Part shown: piece by piece, positions 10,685 through 18,818 of the stretch
How positions within the stretch are numbered: the stretch's first letter is position 1
How the letters are laid out: every line of letters starts with the position of its first letter
Source: Pseudomonas aeruginosa
Lineage (GTDB): Bacteria; Pseudomonadota; Gammaproteobacteria; Pseudomonadales; Pseudomonadaceae
Direction: 5' to 3'
Assembly (NCBI RefSeq): GCF_001457615.1
Contig: NZ_LN831024.1
Span: 2,880,001-2,912,000 of the forward strand
DNA: 32,000 nucleotides
Position numbers and translations under genes: made by a program
Notes under the pieces: model-generated
Seen by the model: the letters and a program-made list of their open reading frames with translations, nothing else
What the model was told of the DNA's origin: nothing
The model's database searches: none

Positions 10685-11338
10685 CTACAGGCGTTTGTTC
10701 AGCAGGCGGGCCAGGCGGTCGCCGCCGAACTGGATCAACGTGACCAGCAGCACAAGGACGATGATCACGGTGAGCATCACCTGGGTGTCGAAGCGCTGGT
10801 AGCCGTAGCGGTAGGCCAGGTCGCCCAGGCCGCCGGCACCGATCGCGCCGGCCATGGCCGAGGAATTGATCATGGTCACCAGGGTGATGGTGAAGCCGCC
10901 GACGATGCCCGGTCGCGCCTCCGGCAACAGTACGTTGCAGATGATGTGGCGGCGTTCGCAGCCCATCGCCTGGGCCGCCTCCACCAGGCCGTGGTCGACT
11001 TCGCGCAGGCTGACCTCGGCGATCCGCGCGAAGAACGGCGTGGCGGCGATGGTCAGCGGCACCACCGCGGCCCAGACTCCATAGCTGGTGCCGACGATCA
11101 TCCGGGTAAAGGGAATCAGCGCCACCATCAGGATCAGGAAGGGTACCGAGCGCAGCACGTTGACCAGACCCCCCAGGATGCGATTGAGCAGGCGCGCCTC
11201 GAAGATCCCGCCCGGCCCGGTGGTGACCAGCACCAGGGCCAGCGGGATACCCACCAGCAGGACGATGGCGGAGGACGCGCCGATCATCAGCAGGGTATCG
11301 AGGAAACCTTGCCAGAGCCGTTCAAGCATGGGCGACAT
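10685..11338 (-). CDS. ABC transporter permease, MetI type
   Basis: 217 aa, collinear with E. coli MetI (e.g. [42 protein letters not shown]). The start overlaps the MetN-type stop by 17 nt. Alternative ATG at 11329. Confidence 0.88.
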   Translation of the reverse strand: MSPMLERLWQGFLDTLLMIGASSAIVLLVGIPLALVLVTTGPGGIFEARLLNRILGGLVNVLRSVPFLILMVALIPFTRMIVGTSYGVWAAVVPLTIAATPFFARIAEVSLREVDHGLVEAAQAMGCERRHIICNVLLPEARPGIVGGFTITLVTMINSSAMAGAIGAGGLGDLAYRYGYQRFDTQVMLTVIIVLVLLVTLIQFGGDRLARLLNKRL

Positions 11339-12431
11339 GGCCGAGCACCTCCACCTTGTCCGCCACCAGCGCGGCCTTGGCCAGCACGCCGGGAAGCTCG
11401 CCGGGCGGCGCGCCGACCTGTAGCAGCAGGCGCCCCAGGGCGCGGCCCTGGATACGCTCTATGCCGCCGTGGAGCAGGTCGACGCGCTGGCCGATGGCCC
11501 TGGCGATGGCCAGCAGGTCCGGCACCCGTCGGCTGGCGCCGGTGTACTGGAGATCGAGCAGCACCGGGTCGCCGGCGCCGGGAGCCTGGCGCAGGCGCGC
11601 CTGGAGGTCGGCCGGGAGGGCGGCGCGCAGGCTGCCGAGCAGGCTTCGGGTGACGGCATGGCGCGGATCGCCGAAGACTTCCCAGACTTCGCCCTGTTCG
11701 ACGATGCGGCCGCATTCGAGGACCACCACGCGGTCGCAGATCTCGCGGATGACCGCCATCTCGTGGGTGATCAGGACGATGGTCAGGCCCAGCCGGCGGT
11801 TGATGTCGCGCAGCAGCGCGAGGATCGCCTGGGTGCTCTCCGGGTCCAGCGCCGAGGTGGCTTCGTCGCAGAGCAGTATCTGCGGCTGGTGCACCAGCGC
11901 GCGGGCGATGCCGACGCGCTGTTTCTGCCCGCCGGAGAGCTGTGCCGGATAGGCGTCGCGTTTTTCCTCCAGGCCGACCAGTTGCAGCAGCCCGGCGACC
12001 CGCTCCTCGATCCGTGCCCGGGGCACCCCGGCCACCCGCAGCGGCAGGGCGATGTTCTGCCACACGGTCTTGGCCGACATCAGGTTGAAGTGCTGGAAGA
12101 TCATGCCGATGCGTCGGCGCAGGGCGACCAGGCGCTGGCCGTCGTAGCCGCCGATGTCTTCGTCGTCGATCAGCACCTGCCCCTCGCTGGGACGCTCCAG
12201 GCGATTGAGGGTGCGGATCAGCGAGGACTTTCCGGCGCCGCTGCGGCCGATGATGCCGAACACTTCGCCGCGGCGGATTTCCAGGTCGATCTCCCGCAGG
12301 GCCTGGACTCCACCGGGGTAGCGCTTGCCCAGGCCGTGGAGACGGATGTGCGGCGTGGAGGCGCGCGTGTCGGGCGCCGTCGGGAACGGTTCGAGGGGCA
12401 GCAGGCTCGGGGGAACGGTCATGGCCGTCAC
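11322..12431 (-). CDS. ABC transporter ATP-binding protein, MetN type with C-terminal NIL domain
   Basis: Walker A GRSGAGKS, signature LSGGQKQR, Walker [13 protein letters not shown], and a C-terminal NIL-like regulatory domain. GTG 12431 forms a GTGA overlap with the upstream stop. ATG 12422 with GGAG 8 nt upstream is an equally good start. Confidence 0.88.
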   Translation of the reverse strand: MTAMTVPPSLLPLEPFPTAPDTRASTPHIRLHGLGKRYPGGVQALREIDLEIRRGEVFGIIGRSGAGKSSLIRTLNRLERPSEGQVLIDDEDIGGYDGQRLVALRRRIGMIFQHFNLMSAKTVWQNIALPLRVAGVPRARIEERVAGLLQLVGLEEKRDAYPAQLSGGQKQRVGIARALVHQPQILLCDEATSALDPESTQAILALLRDINRRLGLTIVLITHEMAVIREICDRVVVLECGRIVEQGEVWEVFGDPRHAVTRSLLGSLRAALPADLQARLRQAPGAGDPVLLDLQYTGASRRVPDLLAIARAIGQRVDLLHGGIERIQGRALGRLLLQVGAPPGELPGVLAKAALVADKVEVLGHVAHA

Positions 12432-13222
12432 TCCCAGCCCGGCTGGTACAGCGTGCCATGGGCCTTGTCCAGCGCGGCGCGGACCACCGGTGAATGCTGG
12501 TAGATGTCGACGAAGCGCGCCAGGCGGCCATCGCGGTCCTGGTAGTCGCCGCGGGTGACGAACTGGATCACGTATTCCCGGTTGTCGATCCCGTCGAACA
12601 GCAGTGCCCGGGTCGGGTCGATGGTCCCGGCCAGGCGCAGGTAGTGCGGGTAGCCCTGGGCCAGGTCGAAATCGTCGAGGGCGCGCGCCAGTTGCACCGC
12701 CTCCAGCTCGGTGATGCGGATGTCCTTCGGGTTGTCGACGATATCGTCGAGGGTCGCCTTGTAGCCGACGCCGTCCCTGAGCTTCAGCAGGCCGGCCTTC
12801 TGTAGCAGTTGCAGGCCGCGGCCGCCATTGATCGGGTCGTTGGCGATGGCCACGCTGGCGCCTTCCGGCAACTCTGCGAGGCTGGCGTAGCGCTTCGAAT
12901 AGAGCCCGACGTTGTTGATGATCCCCGGCGCGAACGGCTTCAACTGGAAGCCGCCTTCGCGGTTGGCGTTTTCCAGGAAGGGCACGTGCTGGAAGTAGTT
13001 GGCGTCGATGTCGCCCTGGGCGAGGGTGATGTTGGGGGCGTTCCAGTCGCTGAACTCGACCAGTTCGACCTTCAGTCCCTGCTTGCCGGCTTCGCTCACG
13101 GCGACTTCCAGCGGCGGGGCGAAGGCGGCGGTGGTGCCGATCTTCAGCGGGGCGTCGGCGGCCTGGGCCGGGCCGCTGCCGAGGAGGACGGCCAGGCTCA
13201 GGGTTTTCAGGGTGTTCAGCAT
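12428..13222 (-). CDS. Periplasmic substrate-binding protein, MetQ/NlpA family
   Basis: 264 aa. Signal peptide ending AQA-AD with no lipobox cysteine. NlpA-family blocks ([20 protein letters not shown]). GGAG RBS 7 nt upstream of ATG 13222. Confidence 0.85.
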   Translation of the reverse strand: MLNTLKTLSLAVLLGSGPAQAADAPLKIGTTAAFAPPLEVAVSEAGKQGLKVELVEFSDWNAPNITLAQGDIDANYFQHVPFLENANREGGFQLKPFAPGIINNVGLYSKRYASLAELPEGASVAIANDPINGGRGLQLLQKAGLLKLRDGVGYKATLDDIVDNPKDIRITELEAVQLARALDDFDLAQGYPHYLRLAGTIDPTRALLFDGIDNREYVIQFVTRGDYQDRDGRLARFVDIYQHSPVVRAALDKAHGTLYQPGWE

Positions 13223-13253
13223 GGTGGGCTCCTGAACGAAAGGGAAAGTGGGG

Positions 13254-14642
13254 TCAGGCCTGGCGCTGGCGCGCGGCCGGGGGCTGGCGGAAGGCGGCGC
13301 CGGCGTGTTCCGCCTGCAGGCGCGCGCGGCCGCCGCCGAAGAGCTTCTCCCGCAGGGTGCCGGGTGCGTAGGCGGTCTTGTAGCTGCCGCGTGCCTGCAA
13401 CTCGGGCACCACCAGGTCGATGAAGTCGGCGTAGCTCTCCGGCTCCACGGTGCGGGTCAGGTTGAAGCCGTCCAGGCCGGTATCGGCGATCCAGCCTTCG
13501 AGGTCGTCGGCGACCTGGCGCGGGTCGCCTACCAGGGTCACGTAGCGGCCGCCCAGGGCCAACTGGTCGAGGAGCTTGCGCACGGTGGAGTCGGTGCGCG
13601 CCACGGTGAGGTTCTTCACCACCGACTCGATGGCGTTGTTCTTCTCGTAGCGGATCGGCTCGTCGAGTCCGTAGCGCGACAGGTCGATGCCGCTGGAGCT
13701 GGCGAAGTGCGCCAGGCCGGCCTCGGGGCTGGCGTAGCGGCGGTACTCGGCATGCTTGTCGCGGGCCTCGGCCGCGGTGGCGGCGACGATCACGTTGATG
13801 CCCATGAAGATCCTGATGTCCTCGGCGCGACGGCCGGCGCCGACCACCGCCGCGCGGATGCGCTGCACCAGTTGGCGGGTGGCCTCGCGGGTCTGTCCGG
13901 AGACAAACACGCATTCGGCGTGGCGCGCGGCGAAGGCCAGGCCACGCTCCGAGGAGCCGGCCTGGAACAGCACCGGGGTGCGCTGTGGAGAGGGCTCGGC
14001 GAGGTGGTAGCCCTCGACCTGGTAGAACTCGCCATGGTGGCGGATCTTGTGGATCTTCTCCGGCCGCGCGTAGACCCGTCGCTGGCGGTCGGCGAGCACC
14101 GCGTCGTCTTCCCAGCTGCCCTCCCAGAGCTTGTAGAGGACCTCCAGGTACTCGTCGGCGCGGTCGTAGCGGCGGTCGTGCTCGATCTGCGCGGACTGGC
14201 CCATGGCCTTGGCCGCGCTTTCCAGGTAGCCGGTGACGATGTTCCAGCCGATCCGCCCGTCGCTCAGGTGGTCGAGGGTCGAGAGCCGCCGGGCGAACGG
14301 GTAGGGCGCCTCGTAGGTGAGGTTGGCGGTGACGCCGAAACCCAGGTGCTCGGTGACCCCGGCCATGGCCGAGACCAGCATCAGCGGGTCGTTCACCGGC
14401 AACTGGACGGCTTCGCGGGCGGTCACCTCGATGCCGCCCTGGTAGACGTCGTAGACGCCGAGGATATCGGCGATGAACAGGCCGTCGAACAGGCCGCGCT
14501 CCAGCAGCCGGGCCAGCTCGGTCCAGTGGCGCAGTTTGCGGTAGTCGCTGGAGCGGTCGCGCGGGTGGGTCCAGAGGCCGTGGTTGATATGGCCGACGCA
14601 ATTCATGCTGAAGGCGTTTAGGAGAATCTGCTTCTTGCTCAT
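13254..14642 (-). CDS. LLM-class flavin-dependent monooxygenase, NtaA/SnaA/DszA family
   Basis: 462 aa. N-terminus LLNAFSMNCVGHINHGLWTHPRD is the family hallmark. GAAGGAA RBS upstream. Confidence 0.85.
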   Translation of the reverse strand: MSKKQILLNAFSMNCVGHINHGLWTHPRDRSSDYRKLRHWTELARLLERGLFDGLFIADILGVYDVYQGGIEVTAREAVQLPVNDPLMLVSAMAGVTEHLGFGVTANLTYEAPYPFARRLSTLDHLSDGRIGWNIVTGYLESAAKAMGQSAQIEHDRRYDRADEYLEVLYKLWEGSWEDDAVLADRQRRVYARPEKIHKIRHHGEFYQVEGYHLAEPSPQRTPVLFQAGSSERGLAFAARHAECVFVSGQTREATRQLVQRIRAAVVGAGRRAEDIRIFMGINVIVAATAAEARDKHAEYRRYASPEAGLAHFASSSGIDLSRYGLDEPIRYEKNNAIESVVKNLTVARTDSTVRKLLDQLALGGRYVTLVGDPRQVADDLEGWIADTGLDGFNLTRTVEPESYADFIDLVVPELQARGSYKTAYAPGTLREKLFGGGRARLQAEHAGAAFRQPPAARQRQA

Positions 14643-14659
14643 GGCGGTTCCTTCGGCGT

Positions 14660-15876
14660 TCAGAGCGTGCCGCGGCGTGGCGGCAGGCGGCCGTTGAGGT
14701 AGTAGTCGCCGACCGCGTGGTACTTCCAGCGCACCGGGTCGTGCAGGGTGTGTACGCGGGCGTTGCGCCAGTGGCGGTCGAGACCGAGTTCGGCGAGACA
14801 GGCGCGGCTGCCGCCAAGCTCGATCAGCTTGCTGCCGGCCAGCAGGGCGACCTCGGTGGTCAGCGCGCGGGCTTCGGCGACGGCGATCGAGGCGGCCGCC
14901 ACGCTTTCCGCGTCCGGCTCGGCGGTGGCCCGGTCGAGCACCCGCCCGGCACGCTCCAGCAGCGCTTCGGCGGCGTGCAGGCGGATCGCCAGGCGGCCGA
15001 TCTCATGGATGGTCAGTGGGTCGTCGCTGGCCTTGTCGACGCCGGAGTCGACCCAGGGCCGGGCGCGCTCGCGGACGAAACGCAGGGTGTCCTCGAAGGC
15101 GCCGCGGGCGATCCCGGCGTCGATCGCCGCGTGGAGGATCTGTGCCAGCGGGCCGACGGTGGTCGGGCGCTCGAAGGCGTCCTGGAACGAGACCACGTCC
15201 TCGGCGGCCACCGCTACCCGGTCGAACAGCGCCGAACCGCTGCCGGTGGTGCGTTGACCGAAGCCGGACCAGTCGTCGACGATTTCCAGCCCGGCGCTGT
15301 CGCGCGGGACGAAGGCCAGTTGCTGGCGGCCCTCGTCGTCCACCGCCAGGGTCGGCACCCGCTGCGCGTAGAGTGCGCCGGTGCAGTAGAACTTGCGCCC
15401 GTCCAGGCGGTAGCCGTCGCCGTCGGCGCGCAGGCGGGTACGGCGCTCGCTGGCGGTACGCGTGCCGATCTCGGCCAGGGCGTTGCCGAAACGCTCGCCG
15501 GCCAGGGCGGCGCCGAACAGGCGACCTTTCTGCGCCGGCGAGCCGTTCACCCGCAGCACTTCGAGGGCGTAGAAATGGTTCTGCGGAATCTGCCCCAGGG
15601 AACTGTCGGCGGCGCTGACGATCGCCACCACCTTCGCCAGGGTCACCCGCGAGACGCCGGCCCCGCCGTATTCGCGGGCACCGCGATGCCCCACAGGCCG
15701 GAGCGGGAGAACAGTTCCAGTTCTTCCAGCGGCAGGCGCCGCTCGCGGTCGCGCTGGATGCTTTCGCGGGCGAACAGGGCGGCCAGCTCGCGGGCCGTTT
15801 CCAGGGCTTCGTCGTCGCTGCCGATGCGATGGGCAGCGGCCGTGGGATTGTCGCGCGTAGCGTGTGCGAGGCTCAT
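14660..15876 (-). pseudogene. SfnB-family (acyl-CoA-dehydrogenase-like) sulfur-acquisition oxidoreductase, interrupted by a 1-nt frameshift in this sequence
   Basis: Two track ORFs (15643..15876 and 14660..15694, different frames) together align end to end with the 411-aa paralogue next door: ...RERRLPLEELELFSRSGLWGIAVP / REYGGAGVSRVTLAKV... versus ...RERRLPWQELELFTRLGLGGIGIPRAHGGAQVSHVTLAEV.... The frame switches at the G-run 15676-15678. One extra base would give a 405-aa protein. ATG 15876 has a GAGGAG RBS (15883-15888). Confidence 0.8.
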
Positions 15877-15886
15877 CGGGCGCTCC

Positions 15887-17122
15887 TCAGATCCATGAGT
15901 GACGCGCCGGACGGGCGCCGTTCAGGTAGTAGTCGCCGACCGCGTGGACTTTCCAGCGCACCGGGTCGTGCAGGGTATGGGTGCGGGCGTTGCGCCAGTG
16001 CCGGTCGAGGTTGAACTCGGCGAGCGTGGCACGGCTGCCGGCCAGCTCGAAGAGCTTCTCGCTGGCGGCCAGGCTGATCTCGGTGCTCAGCACCTTGGCC
16101 TCGGCCACGGCGATCGAGGCGCGTGCCGCCGACTCGGCGTCCACCGGCCGCGCGGCCACTTCGTCGAGGACCTGGCCGGCCTTCTCCAGCAGGGCGTTGG
16201 CGGCGTGCAGCTCGATTTGCAGGCGGCCGACCTCGGCGATGCTGTAGAGCTCATCGCTGGCGCGTTCGACCTGGGCGTCGATCCAGGGCCGGCTGCGTTC
16301 GCGGACGAAAGCCTGGGCGTCGTCCAGCGCCGCCTGGGCGATGCCGGCGTCGATGGCGGCCTGGATCAGTTGCGAGACGGCGCCCTGGAGGCTCGGGATC
16401 TCGGCCAGCAGGCCGTTGTGGATCAGCATGTCGCCGGCTACCGGAACCTCGTCCAGCAGTACCGTGCCGCTGGCGGTGGTGCGCTGGCCGAAGCCGGACC
16501 AGTCGTCGACGATGCGCAGGCCGGGAGCGCCGCGCTCGACGAAGAGCATCACCGCGCGTTCTTCCTCGTCGATGGCCTTGACCGCCACCCAGTGGGCGAA
16601 CAAGGCTCCGGTGGAGTAGAACTTCTCGCCGCTGACCCGGTAGCCGTCGCCGTCGCGACGGACCCGCGCCTTCAGCTCCAGGGTGTGGCGGGTATTGCGC
16701 TCCGGGCCGGCGTTGGCCAGCCGGCGGCCGTCGAGGATGCCACGGAACAGCTTGCGTTTCTGCGCCGGGCTGGCGACGTTGTCGATCACGCTGAGCAGGC
16801 CGAACTGGTTCTGCGGAATCTGTCCGAGGGCCGGGTCGGCGGCACAGATGACACGGAACACCTCGGCCAGGGTCACATGGGAAACCTGCGCGCCGCCATG
16901 GGCGCGGGGAATGCCGATGCCGCCCAGGCCGAGGCGGGTGAAGAGTTCCAGTTCCTGCCAGGGCAGGCGTCGTTCGCGGTCGCGTAGCGCCGCTTCGCGA
17001 CGGGCCAGTCCGGCTACCTCGTGGGCGGCCTGCAACGCCTGGGCGTCGTTCTCGATGAGGCGTGCCGGGAGTAGCCGGGGCGCCTGGTCACGAAGATCCT
17101 TGGGTGCGGTTTCGTCGGTCAT
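15887..17122 (-). CDS. SfnB-family (acyl-CoA-dehydrogenase-like) sulfur-acquisition oxidoreductase
   Basis: 411 aa. ACAD-like fold blocks (GQIPQNQF, DDWSGFGQRTTASGT, DRHWRNARTHTLHDP). First gene of a six-gene minus-strand operon with short or overlapping junctions. Confidence 0.85.
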   Translation of the reverse strand: MTDETAPKDLRDQAPRLLPARLIENDAQALQAAHEVAGLARREAALRDRERRLPWQELELFTRLGLGGIGIPRAHGGAQVSHVTLAEVFRVICAADPALGQIPQNQFGLLSVIDNVASPAQKRKLFRGILDGRRLANAGPERNTRHTLELKARVRRDGDGYRVSGEKFYSTGALFAHWVAVKAIDEEERAVMLFVERGAPGLRIVDDWSGFGQRTTASGTVLLDEVPVAGDMLIHNGLLAEIPSLQGAVSQLIQAAIDAGIAQAALDDAQAFVRERSRPWIDAQVERASDELYSIAEVGRLQIELHAANALLEKAGQVLDEVAARPVDAESAARASIAVAEAKVLSTEISLAASEKLFELAGSRATLAEFNLDRHWRNARTHTLHDPVRWKVHAVGDYYLNGARPARHSWI

Positions 17123-17307
17123 GGTTCAGCCTTGCAGCGTGGTGGTTCCGCCAGCGGCATCGGTGTGGCGCGGCTCGCGGGTTCGGTGGTGCGGGTGGAA
17201 CGCCTGGAGGAGGGAGGGGAAACAGGCGGTAACGACATGCTCGCTGGGCACCTCTGGCAGTTCGGATAGGTGGCTGGCGCGATCGCCAAGCCTCTGCCGG
17301 GTCTGTT

Positions 17308-17323
17308 TGCACAAGCCGTGCCG
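17308..17323 (-). promoter_or_regulatory. Sigma-54 (-24/-12) promoter for the SfnB-type/LLM/Met-ABC operon
   Basis: Minus strand reads CGGCACGGCTTGTGCA versus TGGCACGrNNNTTGCW. Invariant GG and GC are present 12 nt apart, with two flanking mismatches. It lies about 185 nt upstream of ATG 17122. Confidence 0.5.
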
Positions 17324-17341
17324 TTTGCTAATCCATAGAAA

Positions 17342-17354
17342 AATCAAAGAGTTG
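17342..17354. promoter_or_regulatory. IHF-binding consensus between enhancer dyad and -24/-12 element
   Basis: AATCAAAGAGTTG fits WATCAANNNNTTR at every specified position. It is embedded in the only AT-rich patch of this intergenic region and lies between the dyad (17407-17424) and the promoter (17308-17323). Confidence 0.4.
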
Positions 17355-17406
17355 GAGGTTTTCTCCAACAGTTTCTGCTGGTCCGCGGGCGCTGCCTGTT
17401 GCTCCG

Positions 17407-17424
17407 CTGTTGCCAGGGCAACAG
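17407..17424. promoter_or_regulatory. Dyad CTGTTGCC-AG-GGCAACAG; candidate bEBP enhancer (UAS)
   Basis: Same 8+2+8 dyad as at 3774-3791. The centre is 94 bp from the -24 GG of the minus-strand promoter. Extra half-sites: CTGTTGC at 17396-17402 and CAACAG at 17366-17371. Confidence 0.55.
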
Positions 17425-17540
17425 TTACCGGCGGATTACAGCCGGATGCCGCGCGCCGGCGCCGTGCTGCTAGGGTGATAGGGTTTCGCGCGCGGCGGCC
17501 TGGCGCGCGTCCACCCACTCGGATCGTCGAAGGAACTCCC

Positions 17541-18776
17541 ATGCAGAGCGCTAACGCTTCAGAACTCACCACCGACATCGCCGTGATCGGCGGCGGCGCG
17601 GCCGGCATCGGCGTGATCGCCAGCCTGCTGAAACGTTCGCCGGGGTTGCGTATCAGCCTGATCGAGCCGGCGGACACCCACTACTACCAACCGGGCTGGA
17701 CCCTGGTCGGTGGCGGCACCTACGCACAGGGCGACACCGCGCGGCCGATGGCCGGGCTGGTCCCGCCCGGCGTGGAGTGGTTGCGCACCCGCGTCGAGCG
17801 GGTCGACCCCGAGGCGCGCCGACTGTTGCTGGAGGGCGGCGACAGCCTGGAATACCGCAACCTGATCGTCTGCCCCGGCCTGCGCCTGGCCTGGGAGCGC
17901 ATCGAGGGCCTGGAGGAGACCCTGGGGCGCAACGGCGTCACCTCCAACTACCGCTACGACCTGGCGCCCTACACCTGGGAGCTGGTGCGCGGCCTGCGCG
18001 GCGGCAAGGCGCTGTTCACCCAGCCGGCGATGCCGATCAAGTGCGCCGGGGCGCCGCAGAAGGCCATGTACCTGTCCTGCGACCACTGGCTGCGGGAGGG
18101 CGTGCTGCAGGACATCGAGGTCGAGTTCGACCTGGCCGGCGCGGCGTTGTTCGGTGTCGCCGATTTCGTTCCGCCGCTGATGGAGTACGTGCGCAAGTAT
18201 TCGGCCGAGCTGGCGTTCAATTCCAACCTGGTGAAGGTCGACGGCGCGGCGCGCAAGGCCTGGTTCGAGGTGAAGGACGCCGACGGCAACACCAATCTGG
18301 CGGAAAAGGACTTCGACCTGCTGCACGTGGTGCCGCCGCAGCTGCCGCCGACCTTCGTCGCCGCCAGCGGCCTGGGCGACGCGGCCGGCTGGTGCGAAGT
18401 CGACCCGGCGACCCTGCAACATGTCCGCCATGGCGAGATCTTCGCCCTCGGCGATGTCTGCGGCACCGCCAACGCGAAGACCGCGGCGGCGGCGCGCAAG
18501 CAGATCGTGGTGGTGGCCGAGAACCTTCTCGGCCTGCGCAGCGGCCGTGGCCTGCCGCTGCGCTACGACGGCTACGGCGGTTGTCCGCTGACCGTCGAGC
18601 GCGGCCGGGTGGTGCTGGCGGAGTTCGGCTATGCCGGCAAGCTGCTGCCGACCTTCCCGCTGGAGCCCACCGCGGCCAGCCGCTTCGCCTGGCTGCTCAA
18701 GCGCCACGTACTGCCCTGGGTGTACTGGAACGCCATGCTCAAGGGCCGGGAGTGGCTGGCGCGGCCGGGGCGCTAG
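17541..18776 (+). CDS. sqr: Type II sulfide:quinone oxidoreductase (FAD-dependent)
   Basis: ATG 17541 lies inside track ORF 16683..18776, with GAAGGAA upstream. 411 aa. FAD-binding IAVIGGGAAG, HYYQPGWTLVGGG, and the two conserved redox cysteine contexts PIKCAGAPQK and GDVCGTANAKTAAA as in type II SQRs. Confidence 0.8.
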   Translation: MQSANASELTTDIAVIGGGAAGIGVIASLLKRSPGLRISLIEPADTHYYQPGWTLVGGGTYAQGDTARPMAGLVPPGVEWLRTRVERVDPEARRLLLEGGDSLEYRNLIVCPGLRLAWERIEGLEETLGRNGVTSNYRYDLAPYTWELVRGLRGGKALFTQPAMPIKCAGAPQKAMYLSCDHWLREGVLQDIEVEFDLAGAALFGVADFVPPLMEYVRKYSAELAFNSNLVKVDGAARKAWFEVKDADGNTNLAEKDFDLLHVVPPQLPPTFVAASGLGDAAGWCEVDPATLQHVRHGEIFALGDVCGTANAKTAAAARKQIVVVAENLLGLRSGRGLPLRYDGYGGCPLTVERGRVVLAEFGYAGKLLPTFPLEPTAASRFAWLLKRHVLPWVYWNAMLKGREWLARPGR

Positions 18777-18818
18777 ACCGGGCGGCAGCCCTCGGCCTGA
18801 CCCTCCGCACGGCCGGCC

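Noticed and set aside
9533-11653. 706-aa plus-strand ORF antisense to the GlpQ-like and MetI/MetN-type genes
   Set aside because: Same high-GC antisense artefact (runs of G, A, R, P, H). The opposite-strand genes have signal peptides, catalytic motifs and MetI collinearity.
17119-17238. 39-codon upstream ORF in the leader whose TGA overlaps the ATG of the first SfnB-type gene (ATGA)
   Set aside because: No convincing RBS. Pro/Ser/Thr/Arg-rich product. Third-position GC (about two-thirds by my count) is well below that of the real genes here, so it is probably non-coding.
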